From Paenibacillaceae bacterium (GTDB lineage Bacteria; Bacillota; Bacilli; Brevibacillales; Brevibacillaceae): 64,000 nucleotides of DNA. The stretch is from contig JBHGXW010000045.1 in assembly GCA_041920465.1 (NCBI GenBank), forward strand, positions 5,233 to 69,232, given 5' to 3'. This document shows, in pieces, positions 31,702 to 44,364 of the stretch. A program made the position numbers and the translations under genes. The notes under the pieces are model-generated. The model saw nothing but the letters and a program-made list of their open reading frames with translations, did no database searches and was not told the origin of the DNA. Numbering within the stretch: the first letter of the stretch is position 1; each line of letters starts with the position of its first letter.

Positions 31702-32952
31702 ATGTTCGAGTTTTTGAAAAAGCAAGATCCGCAAATAGCGGAAGCAGTACGCCTGGAGTTAAGCAGACAGCGTGACAAAATCGAATTGATCGCATCCGAG
31801 AACTTTGTCAGCCGTGCCGTTATGGAAGCTGCAGGAACAGTCCTTACCAACAAATACGCGGAAGGCTATCCGTCCCGTCGCTATTACGGCGGATGTGAAT
31901 ATGTCGATATTGCCGAAAACATCGCTCGCGACCGGGTAAAACAAATCTTCGGAGCAGAGCATGCAAACGTACAACCTCATTCCGGGGCTCAAGCCAATAT
32001 GGCTGTTTATTTTGCCATCTTGAAGCCGGGCGATACGGTATTGGGTATGAACTTGTCACACGGCGGACATTTAACTCACGGAAGTCCTGTTAACTTCTCC
32101 GGTACACTCTACAATTTTGTCGATTACGGTGTAGATGAAAAGACGCATCAGATTGATTACGATGTCGTTCGTGCCAAAGCGCTTGAGCACAAACCGAAAT
32201 TGCTCGTTGCCGGGGCAAGCGCATATCCGCGCATCATCGATTTCGCAAAATTGCGTGAGATTGCTGATGAAGTAGGGGCTTACCTCATGGTAGACATGGC
32301 GCATATCGCTGGCTTGGTTGCAGCCGGGCTTCATCCAAATCCGGTGCCGCATGCCCATTTTGTAACTTCCACTACCCATAAAACTCTCCGCGGGCCACGC
32401 GGCGGTTTGATTCTTTGCAAAGAAGAGTTTGCCAAAGCGATCGATAAGTCTGTGTTCCCGGGAGTTCAAGGCGGTCCGCTGATGCATATCATCGCTGCCA
32501 AAGCTGTCGCGTTCGGCGAAGCGCTCCAACCGGAATTCAAAGAGTATGCATCCCGCATTGTCAAAAACGCAAAGGCATTTGCCGATGCCTTGATCGAACA
32601 AGGACTTACGCTGGTTTCTGGCGGAACAGATAATCACCTTGTCCTCGTTGACGTTCGCAACCTCGGTTTAACCGGTAAAGTGGCTGAACATTTGCTGGAT
32701 GAGGTGAATATTACCACCAACAAAAATACGATTCCGTATGATCCGGAAAGCCCGTTTGTAACCAGCGGTATCCGTATGGGTACGCCGGCGGTAACCACCC
32801 GCGGCTTTGATGAAGAAGCGATGAGAGAAGTAGCTTCTATCATTGCGTTGACCCTGAAGAATCCGGAAGATACGGATAAGCACCAGGAAGCCCGCGAACG
32901 TGTAGCTGCCTTGTGTGCCCGTTTCCCAATGTATGAAGGACTTGAAATCTAA
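31702..32952 (+). CDS. glyA: serine hydroxymethyltransferase
   Basis: [26 protein letters not shown]. Confidence 0.98.
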   Translation: MFEFLKKQDPQIAEAVRLELSRQRDKIELIASENFVSRAVMEAAGTVLTNKYAEGYPSRRYYGGCEYVDIAENIARDRVKQIFGAEHANVQPHSGAQANMAVYFAILKPGDTVLGMNLSHGGHLTHGSPVNFSGTLYNFVDYGVDEKTHQIDYDVVRAKALEHKPKLLVAGASAYPRIIDFAKLREIADEVGAYLMVDMAHIAGLVAAGLHPNPVPHAHFVTSTTHKTLRGPRGGLILCKEEFAKAIDKSVFPGVQGGPLMHIIAAKAVAFGEALQPEFKEYASRIVKNAKAFADALIEQGLTLVSGGTDNHLVLVDVRNLGLTGKVAEHLLDEVNITTNKNTIPYDPESPFVTSGIRMGTPAVTTRGFDEEAMREVASIIALTLKNPEDTDKHQEARERVAALCARFPMYEGLEI

Positions 32953-33026
32953 TATCCGGAAGACAGAATACATTACCGAGCCTCCTGCCAGCCTATGCAG
33001 GAGGTTTTTTCTCAATTTCTGAAAAA

Positions 33027-33055
33027 TTGACGTTGCCCTTATGCTCCTTTATGAT
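33027..33055 (+). promoter_or_regulatory. sigma-A promoter of upp
   Basis: TTGACG-17 bp-TATGAT. Confidence 0.65.
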
Positions 33056-33142
33056 AAGAAAGATGTGTCCAAATTAACGATGCGGTTGGACTGTACTTTG
33101 GTTACTGAAAACGATTGGATGAACAGAAACGGGGGAAATGTT

Positions 33143-33772
33143 ATGAGTCGAGTCTATGTGTTTGACCATCCGCTGATTCAACACAAGCTTACTTTTATTC
33201 GAGACAAGCATACCGGAACCAAGGAATTCCGCGAGCTGGTGAACGAAGTGGCAACACTGATGGCGTACGAAATTACCCGCGATATGCCGCTTGAAGATAC
33301 TGTGATTGAGACGCCGGTTGGTCCTTGCAATGCGAAAGTAATCTCCGGCAAAAAAGTAGGGTTAATTCCAATCTTGCGGGCTGGACTTGGCATGGTTGAC
33401 GGTATTTTGAAGTTGATTCCGGCTGCCAAGGTTGGGCATATTGGACTTTATCGCGACCCAGAAACATTATCTCCGGTTGAGTACTATGTAAAGCTCCCTA
33501 CAGATATTGAAGAACGCGATTTGATTGTCATTGACCCAATGCTTGCTACTGGCGGATCGGCTTCGGCAGCACTAACCGCACTGAAAAATCGCGGTGCGAA
33601 ACATCTCAAATTAATGTGTCTGATCGCCGCTCCGGAAGGGGTTCAATTGGTTCAAGACGAACATCCGGACGTGGACATTTTCGTAGCTGCCGTGGACGAA
33701 AAACTGAATGACCACGGTTATATTGTTCCTGGATTAGGCGATGCAGGTGACCGTCTATTCGGGACGAAGTAG
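33143..33772 (+). CDS. upp: uracil phosphoribosyltransferase
   Basis: [36 protein letters not shown]. Confidence 0.98.
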   Translation: MSRVYVFDHPLIQHKLTFIRDKHTGTKEFRELVNEVATLMAYEITRDMPLEDTVIETPVGPCNAKVISGKKVGLIPILRAGLGMVDGILKLIPAAKVGHIGLYRDPETLSPVEYYVKLPTDIEERDLIVIDPMLATGGSASAALTALKNRGAKHLKLMCLIAAPEGVQLVQDEHPDVDIFVAAVDEKLNDHGYIVPGLGDAGDRLFGTK

Positions 33773-33780
33773 GTGTTCAT

Positions 33781-34941
33781 ATGAGTAAAATCAAAGTAAT
33801 GACTGTATTCGGAACACGCCCTGAAGCCATTAAAATGGCCCCATTGGTGCACGAATTGAAAAAACGCCCTGAGCATATTCAGCCCATCGTCTGTGTCACG
33901 GCGCAGCACCGGCAGATGCTGGATCAGGTGTTGGAAATCTTCCGGATTAAGCCTGATATTGATTTGAACATCATGAAAGACCGGCAAACTCTCGTTGATG
34001 TGACGGTTCGCGCTTTGGAGAGCCTCGACCAGGTGATGAAGACAGCGAAACCGGATATTGTGCTGGTGCACGGTGATACCACGACTACGTTTGTGGCAAG
34101 TTTGGCTGCTTTCTACAATCAAATTGCCGTTGGTCACGTAGAAGCGGGACTTCGCACATGGGACAAGTATTCTCCGTTCCCGGAAGAGATGAACCGACAG
34201 CTGACAGGAGTCATGGCTGATCTTCATTTCGCTCCGACAGACGGATCTGCCGATAACCTGCGCCGCGAGAACAAGCCGGAGTCGGCTATTTACATTACCG
34301 GCAATACGGCCATTGACGCCCTGCATACGACCGTTCGCGACGACTACCAGCATCCCGTTCTGGAGCAGGTTGCCGGTAAAAAGATGGTGTTGATGACAGC
34401 TCATCGCAGGGAAAATCTCGGTGAGCCGATGCGCCGTATCTTCAGGGCTGTTCGGCGTCTGGTGGAACAGCACGAAGATATCGCCGTCGTTTACCCTGTC
34501 CATTTAAACCCTGCCGTGCAAGAGGTGGCACAAGAAATTTTGGCCGGTCATGATCGGATCCATCTCATTGCTCCGCTTGATGCGTTTGATTTCCACAATT
34601 TTGCACGACGTGCCCACTTGATTCTGACTGATTCAGGCGGTGTACAGGAAGAAGCGCCGTCATTGGGTGTTCCTGTGCTGGTGTTGCGGGATACAACAGA
34701 GCGTCCGGAAGGGATTGAGGCAGGCACCCTGAAACTGGCGGGAACGGACGAAGAACAAGTTTATGGCTTGGCCAATGAACTGTTAACCGATGCCGCTGCC
34801 TATGAGAAAATGGCGAAAGCAGCTAATCCGTATGGGGACGGGGAAGCTTCCCGCCGGATTGTGGACGCCATTTTGTATCACTTCGGCATTTTGTCGGAAC
34901 GTCCGCAGCCGTTTCAACCGGGTAAAACAAAACAGCAGTGA
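33781..34941 (+). CDS. wecB: UDP-N-acetylglucosamine 2-epimerase (non-hydrolysing, MnaA)
   Basis: FGTRPEAIKMAP, HVEAGLRT, TDSGGVQEEAP, NPYGDG. Confidence 0.96.
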   Translation: MSKIKVMTVFGTRPEAIKMAPLVHELKKRPEHIQPIVCVTAQHRQMLDQVLEIFRIKPDIDLNIMKDRQTLVDVTVRALESLDQVMKTAKPDIVLVHGDTTTTFVASLAAFYNQIAVGHVEAGLRTWDKYSPFPEEMNRQLTGVMADLHFAPTDGSADNLRRENKPESAIYITGNTAIDALHTTVRDDYQHPVLEQVAGKKMVLMTAHRRENLGEPMRRIFRAVRRLVEQHEDIAVVYPVHLNPAVQEVAQEILAGHDRIHLIAPLDAFDFHNFARRAHLILTDSGGVQEEAPSLGVPVLVLRDTTERPEGIEAGTLKLAGTDEEQVYGLANELLTDAAAYEKMAKAANPYGDGEASRRIVDAILYHFGILSERPQPFQPGKTKQQ

Positions 34942-35131
34942 GGTTTTTCAACGAAAATAGCTTTTCCTCTGTTTATCTGGGGCGTCGAATCGGCGTCTCC
35001 TTCTTTTTGGATTGAAAAGAAAGTTAATCGCTTTTCTCATCCATAGAAAATGAAACTTACCCCAATCTTCTTACGTCTATACCATTATAGAGATCAGAGA
35101 GTAATAGATTTGGTTGGAGAGGAGTTACACG

Positions 35132-38100
35132 ATGAAGAAGAGATCGCAGAGGCTGTTGTCGCTGTTTGCCGCAACAGTTCTGGCTTGGGGTTCCATCATT
35201 CCGATGGCTTCTGAAGTTGCCCAAGCCGCCAATTCGGTCAGTTCACTCGCGTTGGGATGGCAGACGCCGATAGGGGAAGGAACGAGGCTGTACAAATATT
35301 CCAAAATGTTTGGAACCCAATCGGCAACCATCTATGTCACAAAAGTAGATTTGAATAATCCATACGTGGAAGTAAAGCCGATTTACGGAACCAATCAGCA
35401 ATTAACCAGTAAGCAAACGGTCTCCCAGATGGCTAACGAGACAGGAGCGATTGCCGCGGTTAATGCTGACTTCTTCAACACAACAAAGCGCGGGGCACCG
35501 TTTGGAATCGTCATGAAAGACAAAGAGCTGGTTGCCTCCATGGCGCATATTCCGTTTTGGTACAGCTTTGGGATTACCAGTGACAAGACGGCAGCCATCA
35601 CCAAGTTCGGCTTTCAGGGTAAGGTAACCGCGGAAGATGGAACGGCTTATACGCTCCGGGGAATAAACAAGGAAGAATATAACCCCGGTGACGGGCTAAA
35701 AAGCCACGTCAACCAATTGAATCTGTATACACCTAAATTCGGCAAGACAAGCCTGGGAGTAATCCCGAATTATAAACATGTGGTGGAAGTTGTATTTGTT
35801 GACGGTGTGGCAACCGAGTTACGCGTCGATCAACCGGGGGCAACGATCCCGGCAAACGGGTTCGTATTATGGGGAAATGGGCAGGCTGCTCAATTCCTGG
35901 AACAGCATGTACCGATCGGCTCCAAAGTGCAAATCGATTATCAAACCACCCCGACTGATCAGGATTGGGCACAAGCGGTAGGCGGGCACGTCCTCTTGGT
36001 TGATCAGGGTGTTCCGTTGACATCGTTTCCTACCGACAGCTACGTTCAGGGAATTAACGCCCATACCGCAGTCGGTATCTCGCAAGATGGGAAAACGCTC
36101 TGGATCGTTGCGGTTGAGAAAAGCGCAACCAGCCGCGGTGTCAACTTGGCTGAACTGGCGCAAATCATGGTCGAGCTGGGTGCTTATCGGGCGATGAACT
36201 TCGATGGCGGAGGATCAACCGCCATGGCGACCCGACTTCCGGGAGAAACGGAAGCGAAGGTGGCCATGCAGCCCAAAGAAGGCTCGGAACGCAGGGTGCC
36301 GACCGGCTTGGCTGTTTACAATACGGCAACGCCTGGCTCGCTTGTCAGCTTCCAAATTGTCGGGCCTACTGAGGTCTTGATCGGCCAGGAAGCGGAGTAT
36401 ACCGCTGCCAAAGGCTACGATAATCACTATTTGCCTTTCAAAATTAACCCGTCCGACGTGGTATGGAGTTCTACGCAGTCAGACGCCGGTGTAATCACAA
36501 ATAACCGGTTTACCGCTACAAAACCGGGAACTGTCGGACTAGTGGCCCAAGTCGGCGGAATCACGCAACAACGGCAAATTCGAGTATTCAGCGGAAGCGA
36601 CATTGCAAGCATTGATATCTCTCCTTCACCTGTGTTTGTGGGACTTGGACAAACCATGGATCTCGATGTGAAGGTCAAAACGAAGAACGGCAAGCTGATC
36701 ACAGCTACTCCCAAAAGCGTGACGGGATCGGTTGATTCCAATTTGGCGGCACTTAACGACAACCTGCAAATCGTGGCTGGAGACCATGAAGGAAAAGCCA
36801 ATCTGACACTTTCCTATGATGGGGTTTCCGCCACTGTACCGGTAATTATCGGAGAGATGGAGCAGCCGTGGCTTACCTTTGACAATCAGGTTGGCATGTA
36901 TCATACGGCGTATCCTGAAAGCATAAGTAAACAAGGCTCCTTCAAAGCAGTTACCGGTGACGATACGCCGATTTATCGCTCCAAAAAGTCGGCGGAGCTT
37001 ACCTACAATTTTGCCGGCGCTCCCAAAACCGATGTGCGAATCGCCTACGGACGCATCGGTTCCAATCCGGTTCCAATCCCAGGCAAGCCGTTTGGCTTAG
37101 GTGTATGGGTTTTCGGCGATAACAGCAATCATTGGCTGCGGGCAGAAGTGATTGATGCCAAAGGGAAGCTCCACTACGTAGATTTGGCAAAGCAAATTGA
37201 CTGGACAGGCTGGAAACAAGTGAAGGGCTCCTTCCCGCCTGATGCTGTTTATCCGCTGTCTCTGCGCAGCATTTACATTGTGAACAAGCCGGAAGAGACA
37301 GAGCTGAGACCGGAACAAGGAACGCTTTACTTTGACGAGCTTTCCTTGCTTTATCCGTATGACGCTTCTAAAAAAGTAACCGGAACAGACGTCATTCCGG
37401 CAAAGTCAGGCAAACTCTCCCTGGGTACCGAGCTGGATATGGGTTACTCGTTCCAATCGGCGGCAGCATTTTTAGATAAAGCAAGAATCGATGTTCAATC
37501 GATCGTCAAGCGACAGGTTCCCGGCTATGTCCCGGCCGATTATTCCTTTAGCCTAAAGCCGCTTGCCTTGAAGAAGGGTAAAGAGGATCAGTTGAGCACA
37601 CATCCGGTTACGCTTACCTTTACCCCTAAACAGTGGATCAAAGGAAAAGGGATTGGATTATTGTACGTCAATGAAGCGAACCAAACGTTTGACGTATTAA
37701 GCGGACAAATGGACCCAAACCGCAACTGGATCTATCAGGTGAACTCTTACGGCACCTATATTCCTTACTATCTGGATGCCGCGAGCGACTCACCGTTCCT
37801 CGATATAATCAATCATCCGGCACGCACGGAAATTGCCAGCATGGCGGCCAAAGGCTATGTAAAAGGCCTTGAACCGGACGTGTTCGGACCGGAAGTACCG
37901 TTAACCCGTGCGCAGTTCGTTACCTTGCTGGCCCGTGTGTACGAGTGGAAGCTTCCGGATAAGCCAAAACTCTCTTTTAAGGACAAAGTGCCTGCATACG
38001 CTGCGGGAGCGGTTCAAGTGGCACTCTCGAAGGGAATTGTCAAAGGCTACGATGACAAAACATTCAAGCCGGACAAAACCATTTCCCGTGCCGAAGCCGC

Positions 38101-38311
38101 TGTCATTCTTGACCGGCTCCTGAAGCAGAAAGCGGCGCCCGCGCAATCCTTAACCGACAAGAAGTCCTGGCCAAAATGGGCGGCTGGGGCCATCAATAAT
38201 ATTGTCGGACTTGGATTAATGGACCCGCTTGGCAACAAGTTTGAGCCGAACAAACCGACGACCCGCTCTGTGTTCGTCGTAGCGTTGTATCGTATTTTGG
38301 AGAAGAAATAG
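35132..38311 (+). CDS. secreted phosphodiester glycosidase (NAGPA-like) with Ig/CBM-like domains and C-terminal SLH repeats
   Basis: Signal peptide; AAVNADFF and MNFDGGGST NAGPA motifs; SLH motifs FGPEVPLTRAQ, FKPDKTISRAE, FEPNKPTTRS. Confidence 0.85.
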   Translation: MKKRSQRLLSLFAATVLAWGSIIPMASEVAQAANSVSSLALGWQTPIGEGTRLYKYSKMFGTQSATIYVTKVDLNNPYVEVKPIYGTNQQLTSKQTVSQMANETGAIAAVNADFFNTTKRGAPFGIVMKDKELVASMAHIPFWYSFGITSDKTAAITKFGFQGKVTAEDGTAYTLRGINKEEYNPGDGLKSHVNQLNLYTPKFGKTSLGVIPNYKHVVEVVFVDGVATELRVDQPGATIPANGFVLWGNGQAAQFLEQHVPIGSKVQIDYQTTPTDQDWAQAVGGHVLLVDQGVPLTSFPTDSYVQGINAHTAVGISQDGKTLWIVAVEKSATSRGVNLAELAQIMVELGAYRAMNFDGGGSTAMATRLPGETEAKVAMQPKEGSERRVPTGLAVYNTATPGSLVSFQIVGPTEVLIGQEAEYTAAKGYDNHYLPFKINPSDVVWSSTQSDAGVITNNRFTATKPGTVGLVAQVGGITQQRQIRVFSGSDIASIDISPSPVFVGLGQTMDLDVKVKTKNGKLITATPKSVTGSVDSNLAALNDNLQIVAGDHEGKANLTLSYDGVSATVPVIIGEMEQPWLTFDNQVGMYHTAYPESISKQGSFKAVTGDDTPIYRSKKSAELTYNFAGAPKTDVRIAYGRIGSNPVPIPGKPFGLGVWVFGDNSNHWLRAEVIDAKGKLHYVDLAKQIDWTGWKQVKGSFPPDAVYPLSLRSIYIVNKPEETELRPEQGTLYFDELSLLYPYDASKKVTGTDVIPAKSGKLSLGTELDMGYSFQSAAAFLDKARIDVQSIVKRQVPGYVPADYSFSLKPLALKKGKEDQLSTHPVTLTFTPKQWIKGKGIGLLYVNEANQTFDVLSGQMDPNRNWIYQVNSYGTYIPYYLDAASDSPFLDIINHPARTEIASMAAKGYVKGLEPDVFGPEVPLTRAQFVTLLARVYEWKLPDKPKLSFKDKVPAYAAGAVQVALSKGIVKGYDDKTFKPDKTISRAEAAVILDRLLKQKAAPAQSLTDKKSWPKWAAGAINNIVGLGLMDPLGNKFEPNKPTTRSVFVVALYRILEKK

Positions 38312-38371
38312 CCAAAGAGCCAGACGTCTGCCCTCAGGTGATAAGGGAAAGGCGGTCTGGCTTTTTCATTT

Positions 38372-38427
38372 GCTCCCGCCCGGCGCAACAAGGACGTTGA
38401 GTTTAGCCGACTTATAGCCGGGGGGTA
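38372..38427 (+). repeat. degenerate REP-like unit R6
   Basis: gctcccgcccggcgcaac...ttatagccgggggg: both arms match R2, with an expanded loop. Confidence 0.55.
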
Positions 38428-38451
38428 TAATTGCGAACTGTTTAGAATATT

Positions 38452-38479
38452 GCAGGAATATTACGACTTGAGAAAGAAT
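38452..38479 (+). promoter_or_regulatory. sigma-H-type promoter of the thiolase gene
   Basis: GCAGGAATA-12 bp-AAAGAAT. Confidence 0.55.
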
Positions 38480-38525
38480 TAATTTGAGGTAGATGTCCAA
38501 ACAATTTTCCCAAGGAGTGGTAACG

Positions 38526-39716
38526 ATGAGTCATAAAGAAGTTGTCATCGTCAGCGCTGTACGCACTGCAATCGGAAACTTCCAAGGATCACTGGCAGGT
38601 ATTAGTGCTCCCAAACTAGGTGCTGTGGTACTGGAAGCCGCATTAAGCAGAGCGGGGGTAGACAAGTCATTGGTCGGTGAAGTGATATTAGGCAACGTGC
38701 TGCAGGCGGGCCTCGGCCAGAATCCGGCAAGACAGGCAGCGATTCAAGCGGGTTTTGGTCATGAAGTTCCGGCGATGACAATCAACAAAGTTTGTGGCTC
38801 TGGTTTGAAAGCGGTACATCTGGCAACACAATCTATTTTGGCTGGCGATTCTGACATTATTTTGGCCGGCGGCATGGAAAACATGAGCCAAGCTCCTTAT
38901 CTTTTGGAAGGTGCACGCAGCGGTTACCGGATGGGAGATTCCAAAGTGGTAGACTCCATGATTCGAGATGGGTTATGGTGTGCTTTTAATGATTATCACA
39001 TGGGGATTACGGCGGAGAATTTATGTGAACACTATGGATTGACACGTGAAGAACAGGACGAGTTTTCTGCTTGGAGTCAGGAAAAGGCTCAAAGAGCAAT
39101 TGCCGAAGGACGATTCAAAGACGAGATTGTTCCGGTAGCCATTCCTCAGAAAAAGGGCGATCCGCTGCTGTTTGAAGTGGATGAATTCCCGCGTGCCGGA
39201 GTAACTGTAGAAGCACTTGGCAAACTGCGTCCTGCATTCAAAAAAGACGGCAGCGTTACGGCCGGAAATGCTTCCGGTATAAATGACGGAGCTGCAGCCT
39301 TATTAATTATGTCCCGTGAAAAAGCGGATGAGCTGGGACTGAAACCATTGGCCCGGATCGTTGCCAATGCAAGTGCCGGGGTTGACCCGAAAATAATGGG
39401 TATCGGTCCCGTTCCGGCAACCAAACGCGTGCTGGAAAAAGCATCTCTCACTTTGGATGACATGGACTTGATTGAAGCGAATGAAGCGTTTGCCGCACAG
39501 TCTTTGGCGGTTGGCAAGGATCTGGGAGTCAATCGTGACAAACTGAACGTGAACGGTGGAGCAATCGCTCTGGGACACCCGATTGGTGCCAGCGGTGCAA
39601 GGATTTTAGTCACACTTGTACATGAATTGCAAAAACGCGACGAAGCCAGATATGGCCTGGCAACTCTATGCATCGGAGGAGGTCAAGGGGTCGCCACAAT
39701 AATAGAGAAATTGTGA
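38526..39716 (+). CDS. acetyl-CoA C-acetyltransferase (thiolase)
   Basis: [31 protein letters not shown]. Confidence 0.96.
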   Translation: MSHKEVVIVSAVRTAIGNFQGSLAGISAPKLGAVVLEAALSRAGVDKSLVGEVILGNVLQAGLGQNPARQAAIQAGFGHEVPAMTINKVCGSGLKAVHLATQSILAGDSDIILAGGMENMSQAPYLLEGARSGYRMGDSKVVDSMIRDGLWCAFNDYHMGITAENLCEHYGLTREEQDEFSAWSQEKAQRAIAEGRFKDEIVPVAIPQKKGDPLLFEVDEFPRAGVTVEALGKLRPAFKKDGSVTAGNASGINDGAAALLIMSREKADELGLKPLARIVANASAGVDPKIMGIGPVPATKRVLEKASLTLDDMDLIEANEAFAAQSLAVGKDLGVNRDKLNVNGGAIALGHPIGASGARILVTLVHELQKRDEARYGLATLCIGGGQGVATIIEKL

Positions 39717-39845
39717 ACGAATTGTGAACGCTTTGTGGCTGAATACTAGTGAAAGTTGACAAATCTAATAATTCTTCGTTAATATGGATGAGGGCATGAG
39801 GCAAGTTCACGCCCTCTCCTTTTGTGAAAAAAGGGGGTCTTTCGA

Positions 39846-40055
39846 TTGTCTAAACTGGATAATCCGTGGCAGGCCATTATATTTGTCAGCTTGATCGGAG
39901 TCGATTTGGCTGTCTGTGTCTTAGCTGGATTTTGGTTGGGGCAATACATAGATCGCGTGTATGGGACAAATCCTTGGTTTATGATTGTGGGTTTGTTTTT
40001 GGGATTAGGAACCGGTGTTTATAGTGTTTATCGGCTCGTACGCGCTTACTTGTAG
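39846..40055 (+). CDS. atpZ: AtpZ/AtpQ-family F0F1 accessory protein
   Basis: LAGFWLGQYIDRVYGTNPWFMIVGLFLG; first gene of the atp operon. Confidence 0.8.
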   Translation: MSKLDNPWQAIIFVSLIGVDLAVCVLAGFWLGQYIDRVYGTNPWFMIVGLFLGLGTGVYSVYRLVRAYL

Positions 40056-40070
40056 TTGGGAGCACTGAAG

Positions 40071-40439
40071 ATGCAAACGTTTACCTCGGCAATGCGCATG
40101 GTATTTCGCTATGCTTTTTTTAGTATGGCGATTGTTATGGCACTCTGGGCCCTGTTGCCTGAGCGTCGTTTATTTTTACAAAGCTTATTGCTAGGGATGG
40201 CGGCAAGCGTGATTAACGGTGCTGTACTCTGGAGCAAGACGTGGCGGGTCGGGGAATCAGCCGTGAATCCCAAGGTTCGCCCCAAGGGAACGGGCATGAT
40301 GCAGCGTTTGGTCGTTGCCGGATTTGCAGTCTATCTGACGATGCGTTTCCCGGAACACTTTATGCTGGCCGGTGTCTTGATCGGTCTATTCCTCATCCAA
40401 CTCCTAAGTCTCTTATTGGTTAATCGATTTTTAAAATAG
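40071..40439 (+). CDS. atpI: ATP synthase protein I
   Basis: Four-TM hydrophobic protein between atpZ and atpB. Confidence 0.8.
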   Translation: MQTFTSAMRMVFRYAFFSMAIVMALWALLPERRLFLQSLLLGMAASVINGAVLWSKTWRVGESAVNPKVRPKGTGMMQRLVVAGFAVYLTMRFPEHFMLAGVLIGLFLIQLLSLLLVNRFLK

Positions 40440-40509
40440 AGCCTTACCGTCTTTTTTTCTGTTGTCTCCTGTTTTATTACACCAATAGCTGATAGAAAGG
40501 GGTGAAATC

Positions 40510-41319
40510 ATGCATCATTTTTCGCCGCGTTTTGAAGTGGCAGGTATGGTATTTGACATACCAACAATGATTATGACTGTAGTAACTGCTCTTGTGGTGT
40601 TCTTTCTCATTTTGGGATTGACTCGCAATATGTCGGCAGGGGTGCCGCGCGGTGCACAAAACTTCATGGAATGGGTTATTGATTTCGTAAAAGGAATCGC
40701 CGGCAACTTCATGGATGCCAAAACCTCCGCCAAATTTGTGACACTGGGACTGACGCTCTTCCTCTATATTTTTGTCGGAAACCAGCTCGGTCTGTTGTTT
40801 AACGTCAACGTTACCTACAAAGGACATATCAGCGAAAGCTTTATGAATATGTTGACGCTTTCCGGAACAGAGGAAGCACAGCACCATAAACAGGAAGCAA
40901 TCACTAAGGAACTTGAAGAACAGGGAGTAACCGTTTCCTATTGGAAATCGCCTACTGCTGCGCCTAGTGTAACGTTCTCTCTAGCGCTTCTGGTTCTCTT
41001 GTATGCACACTACCTGGGACTTCGCAAAGGTGTCGGGAAATACCTCAAGCATTACATTGAGCCAAACCCGGGGATCTTGCCGCTACACTTGATGGAAGAG
41101 TTCGTCATCAAACCGCTGACGCTTCCATTGCGTCTATTCGGTAACATTTTTGCCGGTGAGGTCTTGATCTCCGTATTGCTTGGTGCGGGAGTTGTTGTTG
41201 CAACTCTGCCGCTTGTCGTATGGCTCGGTTACTCCGTATTCGTAGGTTCTGTGCAGGCATTTATCTTCACGACACTTACCATGGTGTACATTTCACAAAA
41301 AGTGAACGATCACCACTAA
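40510..41319 (+). CDS. atpB: ATP synthase subunit a
   Basis: PRGAQNFMEW, LTLPLRLFGNIFAGE, QAFIFTTL. Confidence 0.97.
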   Translation: MHHFSPRFEVAGMVFDIPTMIMTVVTALVVFFLILGLTRNMSAGVPRGAQNFMEWVIDFVKGIAGNFMDAKTSAKFVTLGLTLFLYIFVGNQLGLLFNVNVTYKGHISESFMNMLTLSGTEEAQHHKQEAITKELEEQGVTVSYWKSPTAAPSVTFSLALLVLLYAHYLGLRKGVGKYLKHYIEPNPGILPLHLMEEFVIKPLTLPLRLFGNIFAGEVLISVLLGAGVVVATLPLVVWLGYSVFVGSVQAFIFTTLTMVYISQKVNDHH

Positions 41320-41356
41320 TCATCAAATCAAACTAAAATTTGTGTAATCACCTTAA

Positions 41357-41590
<234 letters not shown>

Positions 41591-41722
41591 TAGTCAAAAG
41601 TATCAAATGGGCGGGGGCTTGACCTTCGCCTCTCTTTTGTAGTGTTTTATGGCTTCTCGTAACGATGGAGAGGAAGCCAGTTTGTATAGGATTCTCCTGT
41701 ATGTCAGGAAGGAGTGAACCAA

Positions 41723-42226
41723 ATGATCGACTTAGGATCCGTATCCCTTGAGTGGGGCACGATGCTGTTCCAGGCTCTCGTCTTCCTTGTGCTCTTGTTG
41801 TTGGTGCGCAAGTTTGCGATGGGACCTGCAATGGCAGTTATGGAAAAACGCCGTCAGCATATTGAAAACGAAATCTCTGCTGCTGAGCGCAATCGTCAGG
41901 AAGCAGAAGCGCTTTTGGCTGAGCAACGCCGTATCCTGGATGAAGCGCGTACGGAAGCAAAAGCAATTCTTGATCGTGTAACCAAACAGGCAAATGACGA
42001 ATCCGCTCGAATTGTAGAAGAAGCGAAAGCGACTGCTGAGCGATTGAAAGCAGATGCTTCCGCTGAATTGGCTCGTGAAGTGGAAAAAGCAAAAGCTGAG
42101 CTGCGTGACCAAATGGCAGGACTCTCCGTATTGCTCGCTTCCAAAATTATTGAGAAAGAATTGGATGAAGCTGCCCAAAAGGCAAGCGTTGATCAATTCC
42201 TCAAACAAGTAGGGGATCGCCTATGA
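41723..42226 (+). CDS. atpF: ATP synthase subunit b
   Basis: N-terminal TM segment followed by a coiled coil; operon position. Confidence 0.96.
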   Translation: MIDLGSVSLEWGTMLFQALVFLVLLLLVRKFAMGPAMAVMEKRRQHIENEISAAERNRQEAEALLAEQRRILDEARTEAKAILDRVTKQANDESARIVEEAKATAERLKADASAELAREVEKAKAELRDQMAGLSVLLASKIIEKELDEAAQKASVDQFLKQVGDRL

Positions 42227-42750
42227 GCGGAGCAGTAGCCAAGCGCTATGCTCGTGCACTGTTCGAAGTAGCCAAAGAGCGTGGGCTGATCGATAAGTTG
42301 GAAGCCGAATTGAAATTGATTGTGGAAGCTGTCAACCAAAACGCAGATCTTACCAGAATTTTAATGCACCCTCACATTGCTGCTGACGCGAAGAAAAACC
42401 TGTTAAAAGAAGTTTTTCAAGAACACGTAGCGGATGAAACCATGAATTTTTTGGGTGTATTGATTGATAATGGCCGTGAATCCCAACTGTCTGAGATTGC
42501 AAGCTATTATGTTGGATTGGCGAACGAAGAGCGTGGTATCGCCGATGCAATTGTTACCACCGCGAAACCGCTTAACCAAGAAGAGGCGCAGCAATTGGCT
42601 TCGAGATTTGGGCAATTACTCAACAAGACGCTTCGCATTCAAACCGTTGTAGATCCATCCATCATGGGTGGCGTCGTGGTGAAAATCGGCGATCGTCTGT
42701 ACGATGGTAGCATCAAACGTAAATTGGAACACTTCGCGCATCAACTATAA
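42223..42750 (+). CDS. atpH: ATP synthase subunit delta
   Basis: VAKRYARALF, VDPSIMGGVVVKIGD..YDGS. Confidence 0.97.
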   Translation: MSGAVAKRYARALFEVAKERGLIDKLEAELKLIVEAVNQNADLTRILMHPHIAADAKKNLLKEVFQEHVADETMNFLGVLIDNGRESQLSEIASYYVGLANEERGIADAIVTTAKPLNQEEAQQLASRFGQLLNKTLRIQTVVDPSIMGGVVVKIGDRLYDGSIKRKLEHFAHQL

Positions 42751-42779
42751 GATGTCTGGATGAATGGGGTGAAAGATAA

Positions 42780-44291
<1,512 letters not shown>

Positions 44292-44364
44292 TCTTCCCGC
44301 ATAATTGACATCTTTTGCGTGCCGGGGCATTTACCTGGTACGCATCCCCAAGGTGGTGAAATGA

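Noticed and set aside
33013-33028. CodY-like box before upp
   Set aside because: About 3 mismatches to AATTTTCWGAAAATT in AT-rich DNA; not distinguishable from chance.
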